DNA from: Pseudomonadota bacterium
Lineage (GTDB): Bacteria > Desulfobacterota > Desulfobulbia > Desulfobulbales > CALZHT01
Direction of reading: 5' to 3'
Length of the DNA stretch: 64,000 nt
Assembly: GCA_018823135.1 (NCBI GenBank)
Contig: JAHJJF010000070.1
Coordinates: 8,990 to 72,989 of the forward strand
Shown: positions 17,389-28,166 of the stretch, in pieces
Layout of the letters: every line of letters starts with the position of its first letter
Position numbering within the stretch: position 1 is the first letter of the stretch
Made by a program: the position numbers and the translations under genes
The notes under the pieces: generated by a model
Database searches by the model: none
What the model saw: the letters and a program-made list of their open reading frames with translations, nothing else
Told to the model about the DNA's origin: nothing

Positions 17389-18987
17389 ATGGATAAACCT
17401 GCTGAAGATACTGGAAGAATATCCCGCTCCGCCGGCACCGTTGGCGCCGCTGTTATGTGCAGCAGAGTCCTTGGTCTGGTGCGGGAGCAGGTTTTTGCTT
17501 TTTTGTTCGGGGCGGGTTTTGCCTACGACGCCTTTGTGGTTGCTTTCAGAATTCCCAATCTGTTGCGCGATTTGTTTGGCGAAGGGGCGTTGAGCGCTGC
17601 ATTTGTTACGGTATTTTCCGATTATGATACCAATAAAGGCAAAGAGGAAACCCTGCGGCTTGTTGGTAATATTCTGGTCTTTATTACAATATTGCTCAGC
17701 CTGATTACTCTGCTTGGCATAGTGTTTGCCAAACCCCTTGTAGACCTTCTTGTCGAGTCGAGTTTTGAGCAGATACCCGGAAAAGTTGAACTCACCTCCA
17801 AACTCACGGTAATCATGTTTCCGTTTCTGATTTTTATCTCCTTATCCTCTGTTGTCATGGGGATTCTCAATACCCGGGGGCGCTTCTTCATCCCCTCAAT
17901 ATCATCCAGTTTTTTCAATCTGGGATCGATTATCGGCGGTGTGACCCTGGCGGTGGTTCTGCCCATGTATGGCCACCCGGCCATTGTCGGCATGGCAGTA
18001 GGCACGTTGATCGGCGGTGTGTTGCAATTTGCCGGTCAATTGCCGGCTCTCTACAAGACAGGTTTCAGGTTCAAACCGAATCTTGACCTCCGGGATCCGG
18101 GATTAATTCGGGTTTTGAGGCTGATGGTTCCTGCGGTTGTCGGGCTTGCGGCTTTCCAGATAAATATTTTTGTGAACAATTTTTTTGCATCGTCCCTTGA
18201 AGAGGGAAGTCTTTCATGGCTCAATTATGCATTCAGGCTTTTTCAATTTCCCCTTGGAGTGTTCGGGGTGGCAATCTCAATTGCCACGCTTCCGGTTATT
18301 GCAAAATATGCGGCAGTGAAAGATATCCCCAAAATGAAGGAGACGTATACTTCTTCTCTTACTTTGGCGTTCTGTCTGACCATTCCTTCCATGGTCGGAT
18401 TGATTATTCTTGCCGAACCGATTATCAGGATTATTTTTCAATACGGTAAATTCGATGCCTTTACCACTGCGAAAACCGCGGAAGCCCTGCAATTTTACAC
18501 AATCGGTCTTTTTGCCTATTCCAGCGTTAAAATAATCGTGCCGGTTTTTTACACCATTGACAGCACCCGTTATCCGGTGATCGGCAGTTTTCTTGCGGTT
18601 GCGGTTAACATTATTATGGTGGTTTTTACCATCGATCATCTCCAGCATAAAGCCCTGGCATTTTCGATTTCCTGCGCGATGATCGTTAATTTTATCTATC
18701 TGAGTGCGGTATTATACCGGAAGCTTGGAGGGTATTCCCTTTCCTATCTTTTTGCCGGGTTTGGAAAAGTGGTGACTGCAGCTTCAATTATGGGCGTGTG
18801 GATTTTTGGCGTTAAACAGTGGATAATGCCGGCACTGGGCAAGGGGGTTGTTTTTGATATCCTCGGGCTTTTACTGTGTATCTTTTCCGGGGCGCTGCTC
18901 TACGGAATTATCCTCTACTTCTTAAAGCTCCGCGAGCTCACCTATCTGACGGAAAAAATGGTCGGTAGAATCAAGGCCAGGGGCTGA
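17389..18987 (+). CDS. murJ: Lipid II flippase MurJ
   Basis: 532-aa polytopic protein. SRVLGLVREQVFAFLFGAGFAYDAFVVAFRIPNLLRDLFGEGALSAAFV is the MurJ/MviN N-terminal signature. Confidence 0.92.
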   Translation: MDKPAEDTGRISRSAGTVGAAVMCSRVLGLVREQVFAFLFGAGFAYDAFVVAFRIPNLLRDLFGEGALSAAFVTVFSDYDTNKGKEETLRLVGNILVFITILLSLITLLGIVFAKPLVDLLVESSFEQIPGKVELTSKLTVIMFPFLIFISLSSVVMGILNTRGRFFIPSISSSFFNLGSIIGGVTLAVVLPMYGHPAIVGMAVGTLIGGVLQFAGQLPALYKTGFRFKPNLDLRDPGLIRVLRLMVPAVVGLAAFQINIFVNNFFASSLEEGSLSWLNYAFRLFQFPLGVFGVAISIATLPVIAKYAAVKDIPKMKETYTSSLTLAFCLTIPSMVGLIILAEPIIRIIFQYGKFDAFTTAKTAEALQFYTIGLFAYSSVKIIVPVFYTIDSTRYPVIGSFLAVAVNIIMVVFTIDHLQHKALAFSISCAMIVNFIYLSAVLYRKLGGYSLSYLFAGFGKVVTAASIMGVWIFGVKQWIMPALGKGVVFDILGLLLCIFSGALLYGIILYFLKLRELTYLTEKMVGRIKARG

Positions 18988-19083
18988 TTGTTAAGAAGGC
19001 TCTTAATGCGTTTATTAGTCTTGCGTCAAGGTTAAGACCGTCTTCAGACGGTCAGCTTTGAGCATGTTTATAATATGAGTAAC

Positions 19084-19243
19084 AGGCACATAGGCAGAAG
19101 GCACCGAGTAAAAGGGAATAAAGAAATACAATATGAAGAAGTAACGGCACTCAATGACTGTCGATCTGTTTGTGGTGCTTGTATTTTTACACTTTATGCC
19201 TTCTGCCTTTGTGCCTCACGCTATCGACTTCAGTCGAGAGTCG
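19084..19243. repeat. Structured intergenic repeat, copy B
   Basis: The IR arms AGGCACATAGGCAGAAGGCAC (19084-19104) and ATGCCTTCTGCCTTTGTGCCT (19196-19216) match 19/21 as reverse complements. They are followed by CTTTGTGCCTC..GCTATCGACTTCAGTCGAGAG, as in copy A. Confidence 0.6.
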
Positions 19244-19988
19244 TCTGTTTCATTCGTAAATCGCTGATAATATCGATTTGAGAAAGAAGAGCAATAATTG
19301 CTGTATCAACCTTGAGGATTCTGGGTCCCATGGTGAATATCTGGAACCCCGCCTGCTTGAATTTTTCTATCTCAAAATCATTCCATCCACCTTCAGGGCC
19401 GACAGCCAGAAGAATATTTCCTTCAGACCGCGAGGGGATAACTTCATGGAGTTTTAATCTGGCCTCCGGGTGGGCGGTTATTTTTATTGAATTGTTTTTG
19501 CTGACGATTGGCAGAATATCTTCGATAAACGGCCTGAAGCGCTTATGAATACTGACCTCAGGCATCCTGGTAATCATTGCCTGTTCAAGTCCCTGGATGA
19601 GCAGTGGCAGGTAGTTTTCTTTTGCAAGGAGAGCGGTCTGGAAAAAACTTTTTTCAACCCGGTTTGCATTAATCAGATAGATTCGGCCCACACCCAGAGT
19701 CACTGCCTGGGTGAGGATTCTTTTAAGCATAATGGGTCTGGGAAGGGCCAGGATAAGATCAATTTGTCGAGCGGGTGGAGTTTCCTTGAGTTGAGCGAGA
19801 CGCAATTGTATATATTGATGATTAATGGATTCCACTGTTCCGACTCCGGTGGGGCCGTTCAGGATTCCGATTTTGAGGGTGTCGCCGGGTGAAGAGTGGA
19901 GGACATCTCTTACATGATCCGCTCTGCGATCCGAAAGGCGGATGACGTCATTGGTTATTTCATTTTGTTCAATAATGATAATGTTCAT
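19230..19988 (-). CDS. rsmE: 16S rRNA (uracil1498-N3)-methyltransferase RsmE
   Basis: The start is placed at MNIIIIEQNE (the track ORF extends to 20105). RLSDRRADHVRDVL, the PUA-like N-terminus and the C-terminal LLAVGPEGGW..E match the RsmE pattern. Confidence 0.85.
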   Translation of the reverse strand: MNIIIIEQNEITNDVIRLSDRRADHVRDVLHSSPGDTLKIGILNGPTGVGTVESINHQYIQLRLAQLKETPPARQIDLILALPRPIMLKRILTQAVTLGVGRIYLINANRVEKSFFQTALLAKENYLPLLIQGLEQAMITRMPEVSIHKRFRPFIEDILPIVSKNNSIKITAHPEARLKLHEVIPSRSEGNILLAVGPEGGWNDFEIEKFKQAGFQIFTMGPRILKVDTAIIALLSQIDIISDLRMKQTTLD

Positions 19989-20284
19989 AAGTGACGAGTG
20001 TCCAGGTAAGAGTGAAATGTCGCAGGATTGCGAAGGTGATTGATGTGACGGAAAGTTTCGGCTGGCGGCGCATAGCAGCGTTATGTAACTGAGTCGCAAC
20101 CACATCAGACGCGTCGAACAGCAAGCAGGATGCGTCAGCTGAGCCTCGACTGGATATTAAGCAGAGGATGTAATGTGTTGAATTATCCTGCAAAAGGTTG
20201 ATTCTCTGATAAATACCATTTATTCTCATGTACCGGTTTTGTCAGCTTAATAACTTCAAGTTCAGGCGTACCAAAGTAGCAGAC

Positions 20285-21577
20285 ATGTATTTATTGTACA
20301 ACGTAATCCAATGGGTCTTTCTTGCGATTTTTTTTCCGGTGCTTGCGCTTATGGTTCTGGTCAAGAGGAAGTACCGGGGAAGAATACTTTTCCGTCTGGG
20401 TTTTGGAATAGACCATTGCGCCAGAAGCCTTTCCACCGGAACCCCGGTGATATGGATCCATGCCCTTTCCGTTGGCGAGGTGTCATCCTGCCAGACCCTT
20501 GTCAAAGCGATAAGGAACGCCTATCCCCGGGGAACGGTAATTCTTTCCACCACTACCCGTTCCGGGGAGGCATATGCCCGGAACATCCTGGCCGGCAGTG
20601 TGGATTTGTTCCTGCCGTACCCCCTTGACATCCTATGGAGTGTCCGCCGGGTTGTTTCCAGGATCAGGCCTGATCTGTTCATCCTTGTTGAAACCGATTT
20701 CTGGCCGAATCTTCTGCATGAACTAAAAATCAGGGGCATTCCTTCAATCCTTGTCAACGGGCGAATCTCCGCTGATTCCTTCACCAGATACAAGCGTTTT
20801 AAATGGTTTTTTCTGCCGATGTTCAAGGCTTTTAAATTGATAACCATGCAGACGGAAAATGATTGCAATAATATGATCGAGCTCGGGGTTGACCGGCATA
20901 AGGTTCTGAAGCTTGGCAATCTGAAATTCGATGCCGTGATGCCGGGGGATTTATCAGGGCAGATCAAGGATCGAAGCAGTTTCGGAATACCGGATCACAA
21001 GACTGTGATAGTTGCAGGAAGTACCCATGCTGGAGAAGAGGAGATCATCCTGCGGGTTTTCAGAAAACTTATAACGGAATTTCCGGATCTGTTTCTGATC
21101 ATCGCACCGAGAAATGTGGAGCGCGGCAAACCCGTGACGCTGCTTGCCAGGCAGGAAGGATTTATCGCCTCAAGGAGGCAGGAGCCGATGCTTGCTGGCG
21201 GTAATCTGCTGGTTCTTGACACCCTCGGAGAACTCGCCGGGGTATACAGTTTTTGTGACATTGCATTTGTCGGAGGAAGCCTTGTGCAACAGGGGGGGCA
21301 TAATCCGTTGGAGCCCGCGGTATTCGGAAAGCCTGTACTTTTTGGTCCTGACATGAATGATTTCTTGGAGATCGCCCAAGGCCTTCTCAATTGTGCAGGG
21401 GCGCTTCTGACCAGAGATGAGGCCGAACTTTTTGAAGTGGCACACAGATTATTAAAAGATAAAAAGATGCGTGAGGAGATGGGCAGACATGCTGCGGCCC
21501 TTGTTGCGGAGCAGCGGGGAGTTACTGCACGTCATGTTGAAATGCTGCAAACTATCATGGGTGAGGCGGACAATTAA
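20285..21577 (+). CDS. waaA: 3-deoxy-D-manno-octulosonic acid (Kdo) transferase
   Basis: IWIHALSVGEVSS, an N-terminal TM segment and a GT-B C-half (VGGSLVQQGGHNPLEPA) are present. The start is chosen at MYLLYNV (20285); the track ORF starts at 20228. Confidence 0.9.
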   Translation: MYLLYNVIQWVFLAIFFPVLALMVLVKRKYRGRILFRLGFGIDHCARSLSTGTPVIWIHALSVGEVSSCQTLVKAIRNAYPRGTVILSTTTRSGEAYARNILAGSVDLFLPYPLDILWSVRRVVSRIRPDLFILVETDFWPNLLHELKIRGIPSILVNGRISADSFTRYKRFKWFFLPMFKAFKLITMQTENDCNNMIELGVDRHKVLKLGNLKFDAVMPGDLSGQIKDRSSFGIPDHKTVIVAGSTHAGEEEIILRVFRKLITEFPDLFLIIAPRNVERGKPVTLLARQEGFIASRRQEPMLAGGNLLVLDTLGELAGVYSFCDIAFVGGSLVQQGGHNPLEPAVFGKPVLFGPDMNDFLEIAQGLLNCAGALLTRDEAELFEVAHRLLKDKKMREEMGRHAAALVAEQRGVTARHVEMLQTIMGEADN

Positions 21578-21579
21578 TC

Positions 21580-22665
21580 ATGCAGTTGAAAAACTTTCTA
21601 TTTGCCCTTGGGCGGCCTTTTTCGCCGTTTTATAGTTCGTTGATGGCGATTCGGGCTCTTTTGTATAAACAAGGCATCCTGAAAAGCCAGAAACTCGTGG
21701 TTCCGGTAATCAGTATAGGTAATTTGACCATGGGCGGCACCGGTAAAACCCCAATGGTTGTTTATATTTCAAAGCTTGTTCATGCAATGGGACTCAAGCC
21801 CCTTGTGGTAAGCAGAGGCTACGGGGGGCTCGCCAGTGATCTGGTCAATATCGTCTCTGACGGCGTGAAAATCCGTCTGTCTGCCTCCCAGGCCGGCGAC
21901 GAGCCAAGATTATTGGCCGAATCCTTGCCCGGTGTACCGGTATTGACCGGCAAGCAGCGAGCCGTGGTCGGGCAATACGCAGTAACTCATTTCAAACCGG
22001 AAGTTATCATTCTTGATGATGGCTTTCAGCATCTGGCCCTGCAGCGTGATATTGATTTGGTTCTTATGCGGGCGGATTCTCCTTTTGGGAACGGCCACGT
22101 TTTTCCCGGCGGGGATCTGCGCGAACCAATGAGCGCTTTATCTCGGGCTCATGCCTTTATCGTAACCGGTAATGAAGAAAAACTGGATGTACCGCCGGAA
22201 TTGGATGAAAAGACCAGGAATAGACGGCTACCTGCTCGACCGTTGTTCCTTACCTCGTATAGAATCGTTGAAATCGTTGATTCAAAAGGCAACCAGCCGG
22301 TCTTGCTAGAAGCTGTCCTGAAAATGCCGCTCTACGGGTTTTGTGGGATCGCTAATCCGCAGTCCTTCTGGATTTCATTGCAGAATGAGGGTTTTCAGAT
22401 AGTCGGATTCAAGGCTTTTATGGATCATCATAGTTATCGTTTGGAAGATTTTAAACAATTAGCCGCTCAGGCTATGAAAAATCAGGCCAAAGCCCTGATT
22501 ACCACAGAAAAAGACCTGGTGAAATTACGAGGCATGAGCGTTGATTTTCCTGTTCTGGTATTGCGGGTTGAACTGACCCTGGATCACACGTTTCAATCTT
22601 TCCTTAAAGATAAACTGCAACCCCTGATTTGCGCAGATAACTCAGTCTTTGTCACAAAAAAATGA
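21580..22665 (+). CDS. lpxK: Tetraacyldisaccharide 4'-kinase
   Basis: 361 aa with P-loop ISIGNLTMGGTGKTP, SRGYGG and LDDGFQH. It begins 3 nt after the waaA stop. Confidence 0.9.
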   Translation: MQLKNFLFALGRPFSPFYSSLMAIRALLYKQGILKSQKLVVPVISIGNLTMGGTGKTPMVVYISKLVHAMGLKPLVVSRGYGGLASDLVNIVSDGVKIRLSASQAGDEPRLLAESLPGVPVLTGKQRAVVGQYAVTHFKPEVIILDDGFQHLALQRDIDLVLMRADSPFGNGHVFPGGDLREPMSALSRAHAFIVTGNEEKLDVPPELDEKTRNRRLPARPLFLTSYRIVEIVDSKGNQPVLLEAVLKMPLYGFCGIANPQSFWISLQNEGFQIVGFKAFMDHHSYRLEDFKQLAAQAMKNQAKALITTEKDLVKLRGMSVDFPVLVLRVELTLDHTFQSFLKDKLQPLICADNSVFVTKK

Positions 22666-22908
22666 GCTGAAAGAATACATGTGTGTTTTTTACACAACAG
22701 TATTTACCTGAAAAAGAGGTGAGGTTGATTGTTTTTGTTAAAAAATAATTACCTGTAGTTCCGTTATTATTTATATTTGCTGTGTATTTGAATGATGTAT
22801 TTTCATGTCTGGTTTATATCTTGCATAAGTATTGGTTGTGTTTTTAATGCCAGTGATGTGAAAAAAATATCAAACTGAATTCAATATAAGAAAAAAGGTT
22901 TTCAATAA

Positions 22909-23883
22909 ATGGAACTCTATCAGCATACAGTAAAGAAAAAAGTCAGCTTTCGCGGTATCGGCCTTCATTCCGGTGAACCGGTCACATTGACTGTTAATCC
23001 AGCGCCGGCAAACAGCGGCATCCGCTTTTCCCGTACGGATATTTCCCTTAGAGCTACTCTGCCGGCCTTTATGACCCGAGTCGTCGACACGCAACTTGCT
23101 ACAACTCTGGCATCGGATGAATTTGTCGTTTCAACCACCGAGCATATGCTGGCTGCACTTTCCGGGTTAGGTATTGATAACGCCTTAATCGAACTCGACG
23201 GCAATGAAGTGCCGATAATGGACGGCAGCGCCGGACCTTTCGTGCATATATTGAAAAGATGCGGCCGTCGACGTCAGAAAGCCTGCAAGCAGATGCTCAA
23301 AATCACTGATGAGTTATTGTATCAGGATGGCGATAAATCAATCCGGGTCCTTCCCTATGACGGTTTAAGAATCACCTGCAATATTGATTTTAATCATGAG
23401 TTCCTCAAGCGTCAGTCATATTCAATTGAACTTTCTCCAGAAAAATTCATGAAAGAAATTGCTTCCGCCAGGACTTTTGGATTTATGGGCCAGGTTGAAA
23501 AACTCAGAGAAAACGGCTTGGCACTTGGTGGATCATTAGAAAATGCCATAGTCATCGATCAATATGGGGTTTTGAATAAAGAAGGCTTGAGGTTTGCTGA
23601 TGAATTTGTCAGGCATAAAATATTGGATCTCATCGGAGATCTGGCTCTGCTCGGATGTCCCCTTGTCGGGCATGTGATAGCCTCCAAGACAGGTCATTCG
23701 CAGCACCTTGGTTTTATGAAGAAATTAGCCAGGCATCCCGATTGCTGGGAGTTTGTCAAGCTTGAAAAGAATGGTGATCATACTGTTCTTGATAAGATGA
23801 TTACCACTACAAAGGCGGCAAGTAATATAATCATGCCTTTTCTGTTGCCGCCGGCGATTGCCGGAGAAGCCTGCCCGGCTTGA
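22909..23883 (+). CDS. lpxC: UDP-3-O-acyl-GlcNAc deacetylase
   Basis: QHTVKKKVSFRGIGLHSGEPVTLTVNPAPANSGIRF, TTEHMLAAL and HKILDLIGDL are LpxC hallmarks. Confidence 0.93.
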   Translation: MELYQHTVKKKVSFRGIGLHSGEPVTLTVNPAPANSGIRFSRTDISLRATLPAFMTRVVDTQLATTLASDEFVVSTTEHMLAALSGLGIDNALIELDGNEVPIMDGSAGPFVHILKRCGRRRQKACKQMLKITDELLYQDGDKSIRVLPYDGLRITCNIDFNHEFLKRQSYSIELSPEKFMKEIASARTFGFMGQVEKLRENGLALGGSLENAIVIDQYGVLNKEGLRFADEFVRHKILDLIGDLALLGCPLVGHVIASKTGHSQHLGFMKKLARHPDCWEFVKLEKNGDHTVLDKMITTTKAASNIIMPFLLPPAIAGEACPA

Positions 23884-23906
23884 TTTTATAGTTATATAGA
23901 TTTTGA

Positions 23907-23947
23907 AATGCCCGCACCATCCTCGGATGCCGCGGGCATTTTTTTTC
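23907..23947 (+). terminator. Rho-independent terminator after lpxC
   Basis: AATGCCCGC...GCGGGCATT stem followed by a T-run. Confidence 0.7.
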
Positions 23948-24053
23948 TCATCATGCTTTTCGGCATTGTTTTTCATTAATTCGGGCGTTATGTATAAGTA
24001 CAAATAATAAAGTCTAGAAGGTATTTGAAACTGATTCAGCAAGAGGTTGATTA

Positions 24054-24893
24054 ATGGACAGGATAGACGCAATAGGATTTATAGGTGGTGGTCAGATGGC
24101 CGAGGCCATGATAAAGGGCTTGTTAAAGGCAGGTCTGGTCAAAGCTGATAGAATTTATGTTGGTGATCCTTCTGAACAGCGACGTTCGGTTTTGTCGGAT
24201 GGGTATAATGTTTGTGTTTTTGAAACATCCGAGGCTGTTTATCAGGAGTCTGATATTGTAATTCTTGCAGTTAAGCCACAGATAATTGTTCCTGTTCTTG
24301 AGGATTCTCAAAAGAAAGCAGAGAGTCGGCATCTGATTATTTCCATTGTCGCAGGGATTCCCCTTGCGGTTCTTGAGGCAAACCTTGCCGGTAGCGGCTG
24401 CAGGGTTATACGGGTGATGCCTAATACCCCGGCGATCATCCAGGAAGGAGCTTCAGCCTTAAGCCCAGGGAAACGAGCTACGGAAGAAGATATGGATATC
24501 GCTCGGGTGATATTCGATGCCATGGGTAAAAGCGTTGTACTTGATGAATCCTATATGGATGCGGTTACGGGTTTGAGCGGCAGTGGCCCCGCCTATGTCT
24601 TCACATTTATCGAAGCGATGATTGATGCCGGTGTTCGTACGGGTTTACCCCGGGATGTTTCCGAAGCATTGGTCGAGCAGACAGTACTCGGTTCGGTTAA
24701 ACTTGTTCTTGAAAGTGGAAAACATCCGGCTGAATTAAGGGCCATGGTGACATCTCCGGGAGGTACCACCATCGCCGGCATGCATGTCCTGGAAAAAGCC
24801 GGGTTCAGGGGGATGATCATGGATGCTGTAGCTGCCGGAACGCATCGATCCAGGGAGCTTGGTCAGGCAATGGTTGGTAAGAATAAAGAATAG
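24054..24893 (+). CDS. proC: Pyrroline-5-carboxylate reductase
   Basis: 279 aa with IGFIGGGQMAEAMIKGL, RVMPNTPA and GSGPAY..FIEA. Confidence 0.93.
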   Translation: MDRIDAIGFIGGGQMAEAMIKGLLKAGLVKADRIYVGDPSEQRRSVLSDGYNVCVFETSEAVYQESDIVILAVKPQIIVPVLEDSQKKAESRHLIISIVAGIPLAVLEANLAGSGCRVIRVMPNTPAIIQEGASALSPGKRATEEDMDIARVIFDAMGKSVVLDESYMDAVTGLSGSGPAYVFTFIEAMIDAGVRTGLPRDVSEALVEQTVLGSVKLVLESGKHPAELRAMVTSPGGTTIAGMHVLEKAGFRGMIMDAVAAGTHRSRELGQAMVGKNKE

Positions 24894-24938
24894 CTGGAAG
24901 TTATTTGTTGTCAGGATATTCAGGGCGGGTGTGAGGCT

Positions 24939-25787
24939 ATGATCATAAAAAAAGTAGGGATAATTATTAAAAAGGACTCTGCTGAAGCCTTGAAAATGGG
25001 GCAGGATCTTACTGAATGGTTTGCAAAACGATCGGTTCATTCAGTGATTGATGCTGTGCGTGACGGCATGGACATGCTGGTTATTCTTGGTGGTGATGGA
25101 ACTTTGCTGCATATCGCCGATCAGGCCAGCCGCTTTCAAATCCCGGTGGTGGGCATTAATCTTGGGGATCTTGGGTTTCTAACCGAGGTCGCGGTGAATG
25201 AGAGGTATGAAGCACTTGAGGCCATATTGAGCGGATCGATTATTATTGAAGAACGCTTGATGCTCAAGGCTCGAATAAATTCCGGGGGGAATCCATCTCA
25301 ATGGCATTATGCTTTAAATGATGTGGTCATCAGTAAAGGAAATGTTGATCAACTGGTCCAGATCAGCGCCTGGGCTGATCAGGAATACATAACATCGTAT
25401 CGGGCGGACGGGTTGATTTTTTCAACGCCCACAGGATCAACAGCATATAATTTATCTGCCGGAGGGCCGATTGTCTATCCGGTGCAGAACTCGATTCTGG
25501 TCACACCGATTTGTCCTTTCATGCTTGAGAGTCGACCGGTTTTGCTGCCGGCATCAATGAATCTCAGCACCAGGCTTGAAGGGTCGGTAAATGACGTAAA
25601 GGTTATTGTTGACGGCAGGCTTGCCTGGAGTATGGAAGCCAATGATCTCCTTGAGATACGGGTATCTGAAAACAGACTTCTGCTCATAACCTCGCCGCAG
25701 AAGGGATATTTTGAAATTCTACGAAACAAGCTGAACTGGGGCGGGAGATCCGTAACTCCTAAGTTGGAAGGATCAGGACCCGTCTGA
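24939..25787 (+). CDS. nadK: NAD kinase
   Basis: 282 aa with LVILGGDGTLL, NDVVI, YRADGLIFSTPTGSTAYNLSAGGP. Confidence 0.92.
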   Translation: MIIKKVGIIIKKDSAEALKMGQDLTEWFAKRSVHSVIDAVRDGMDMLVILGGDGTLLHIADQASRFQIPVVGINLGDLGFLTEVAVNERYEALEAILSGSIIIEERLMLKARINSGGNPSQWHYALNDVVISKGNVDQLVQISAWADQEYITSYRADGLIFSTPTGSTAYNLSAGGPIVYPVQNSILVTPICPFMLESRPVLLPASMNLSTRLEGSVNDVKVIVDGRLAWSMEANDLLEIRVSENRLLLITSPQKGYFEILRNKLNWGGRSVTPKLEGSGPV

Positions 25788-25910
25788 AATAGTCGCATCG
25801 CAGTCATGTATGATGCCTGGGAATGAGCGGATCACACATGACTGGGCAATGAAGCATACCTCAAGAGCCTTTTGTCCTGATAGGAGCAGGGTTTGCTCTG
25901 GAGAAAAAGA

Positions 25911-26300
25911 TTATTCTTTTTCCTCTAAAGTGGCGGCAAGGGCTTCTTTTTCTTGTTTCATCGCTTCTTTGCCAGCCGCGATCGCCGCATTGAGCGCTTT
26001 TTTCTTTTCATCCAGGAAATCTTTCCCTTGACTGATCATATCATTCCCTTTGCTAATCATTGCCCGGCCGCGTTCAATCATGTCCTTGCCCTTTGCAATT
26101 GCCGGGGTAGCCTGATCTTTGAGCTCATCAGGGAGATCGGCTATCTTATCTTTAACATCATAGCCGAAATCCGTAATAATTTCTCTGGTCTCTTTGCCTG
26201 ACCGAGGAGCAAAAAGAAGTGCGACAGTCGCACCCACAAAGGTTCCTGCAAGAAATGAAAGTATCGTTACTCCTGATCCATGACAATCGTGATCACTCAT
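25911..26300 (-). CDS. YtxH-domain protein
   Basis: 129 aa. The TM segment followed by LLFAPRSGKETRE and a Lys/Glu-rich helical tail is typical of YtxH. Confidence 0.75.
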   Translation of the reverse strand: MSDHDCHGSGVTILSFLAGTFVGATVALLFAPRSGKETREIITDFGYDVKDKIADLPDELKDQATPAIAKGKDMIERGRAMISKGNDMISQGKDFLDEKKKALNAAIAAGKEAMKQEKEALAATLEEKE

Positions 26301-26593
26301 TTATAGCTCTCCGTTTTGGATTTGATTTTTAAGAATCCTCATAAAAATGATTCCGTCTGATGTACAATGTAACGTGTTGATTGAAAGGCCCTGTTGAGGG
26401 CATGGAGATTTTTCTGAAGGTCTATTTTTTCCCTTTGTGTGAAATTTTTCATTAAAAACATTATTTATCGGCATCCATGGGAAAATATTAGTAATGAGAC
26501 TCCGAATGCAAGTTGTCGCAGGGTATGTCGCCTCGAACTTGCTGAATTTATTGGAGGTGATAATTCAGCAGCCGATTTTTTATCAGCGCATCC

Positions 26594-26971
26594 TTATTTC
26601 GCTTTTGCAAAAAAATGTAAAAAAGCCCTTACGCCGGCGGTGAATCCACCAACCTGGGTGATAAGCGGCGTTATGGTATTTTTTAAGATATTGGTTGTAA
26701 GCAACAAGGTATCTGATGATTGTTTTACCGTGTCAATAATCACATCTGTCCGGTCAATTTTTTCGTTGAGAGATCTTGTGAGCCGCTTCAGTTCTAAAGA
26801 GGTTTCAGACAAAGAGACGATGAGCGGTTCAATTCCATGATTAACTTTTTCGAGAAGAATTTCAACCTGGCGGGCGCTTCGATTGATTTGGAGTAGAGCC
26901 GGCACCAGGGTGGCAACCACAACAGCAAGGCTGATTGAAGTGATAACGATTAAAAAATCGACAAGAGTCAC
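26594..26971 (-). CDS. DUF948-domain membrane protein
   Basis: 125 aa with an N-terminal TM (FLIVITSISLAVVVATLVPALLQI) followed by a helical region. It is commonly paired with YtxH. Confidence 0.7.
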   Translation of the reverse strand: MTLVDFLIVITSISLAVVVATLVPALLQINRSARQVEILLEKVNHGIEPLIVSLSETSLELKRLTRSLNEKIDRTDVIIDTVKQSSDTLLLTTNILKNTITPLITQVGGFTAGVRAFLHFFAKAK

Positions 26972-27296
26972 GACTTATCTCCTTTATACGGCTTGCAGAT
27001 CTGATTGCAGTATAATCTCAAGGGTTTTCATCTTCAAAATACATTTCAAAACACGGACAATCAATGACAATTATTGTCAGTATCGCAGGAAAACGAGGAA
27101 GTAGCAAGAGGATATAAATTACACGCGACTCATAGTATGAAAGATAACAATAAGAATTAATGAGGCAAGCTGATCCACTATCCAGGTCAACTTCTGTAAA
27201 CCCGCAATCGCTGCATGTGAATACAGGCGGTATGCCTTGGATGATGAGGGAAAATTTTAAAAAGGTCCGGATGTTGCCAGCGTCTCTTCAATGTAA

Positions 27297-28166
27297 TCAT
27301 TGACTAATGGTCCTAACAGTATTTATGGCGTTTTTCAGCTCAGCCAGAAAAGAATGTGGGATTGTCACGGCTTTGATCTCACGCAAGAGTTTTTTAGGGT
27401 TGAAACTGGAACCGTGAAAATCGCTTCCACCGGTAATGAATAAATTGAGTTCGGCGGCGATTTTTTTGAGTTCGTCAGATTTTTTATTAGAAATAGTTGG
27501 ATGGAAGGCTTCAACCCCTGAAAGCCCTTCTTTTTGTAGCGATTTTAATATATCCGCTATTTTTTGCAGATTCTGGTCGATACTTGTCGGATGCGCCAAG
27601 ACCGCGACACCTCCGGATTTTCTGATGACTGCAATGATGTGATCGGCATTAAAGCGTAACCGATCTACATATGCATTGCCCCCGGTTCCAAGGTAGTGCC
27701 GGAAAGCTTCTTCAATAGAACGAACAACACCTCTGTTGAGAAGAAATCGGGCCATATGGGGTCTGCCGATTTGGCCTGAGCATGTTTTTTTTAGATCAGC
27801 GGCATTAATTGTAATCCCGATTTCAGCGAATTTGTGGAGGATTTTGTGGTTCCTTTCCTCTCTGCTTTTTTGGAGCGCGACAATAAGATCATTCAACTCT
27901 TTATTATCAATGGATATCCCGTAGCCGAGGATATGCATCGGCTGGCCGTTAAAGGATGCACTGAATTCGATTCCGGGAATGACTTCGATCTGCTGCATGG
28001 AGCCGAAGGTAATCGCTTCATGGGTTGCGGACAGGGTGTCATGGTCGGTTATTGAAATTGTCGAGATTCCGGCTGTTTTTACCAGAGTAATGAGTTGTTC
28101 CGGGGTCAATAACCCGTCTGAATGGGTGGAGTGGATATGGAGATTTGCCTTGCGAAGTAGCTTCAT
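27297..28166 (-). CDS. PHP-domain phosphoesterase (TrpH/YciV-like)
   Basis: ANLHIHSTHSDG, ISITDHDT and a C-terminal GGSDFHG are the PHP metal-binding motifs. Confidence 0.85.
   Translation of the reverse strand: MKLLRKANLHIHSTHSDGLLTPEQLITLVKTAGISTISITDHDTLSATHEAITFGSMQQIEVIPGIEFSASFNGQPMHILGYGISIDNKELNDLIVALQKSREERNHKILHKFAEIGITINAADLKKTCSGQIGRPHMARFLLNRGVVRSIEEAFRHYLGTGGNAYVDRLRFNADHIIAVIRKSGGVAVLAHPTSIDQNLQKIADILKSLQKEGLSGVEAFHPTISNKKSDELKKIAAELNLFITGGSDFHGSSFNPKKLLREIKAVTIPHSFLAELKNAINTVRTISQ

Noticed and set aside
20039-20050. Exact 12-mer TGCGAAGGTGAT shared with 29767-29778, with loose flanking similarity. I first read it as a second repeat family.
   Set aside because: Roughly a hundred or more exact 12-mer coincidences are expected by chance in 64 kb on both strands. 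The flanking similarity is patchy and not collinear.
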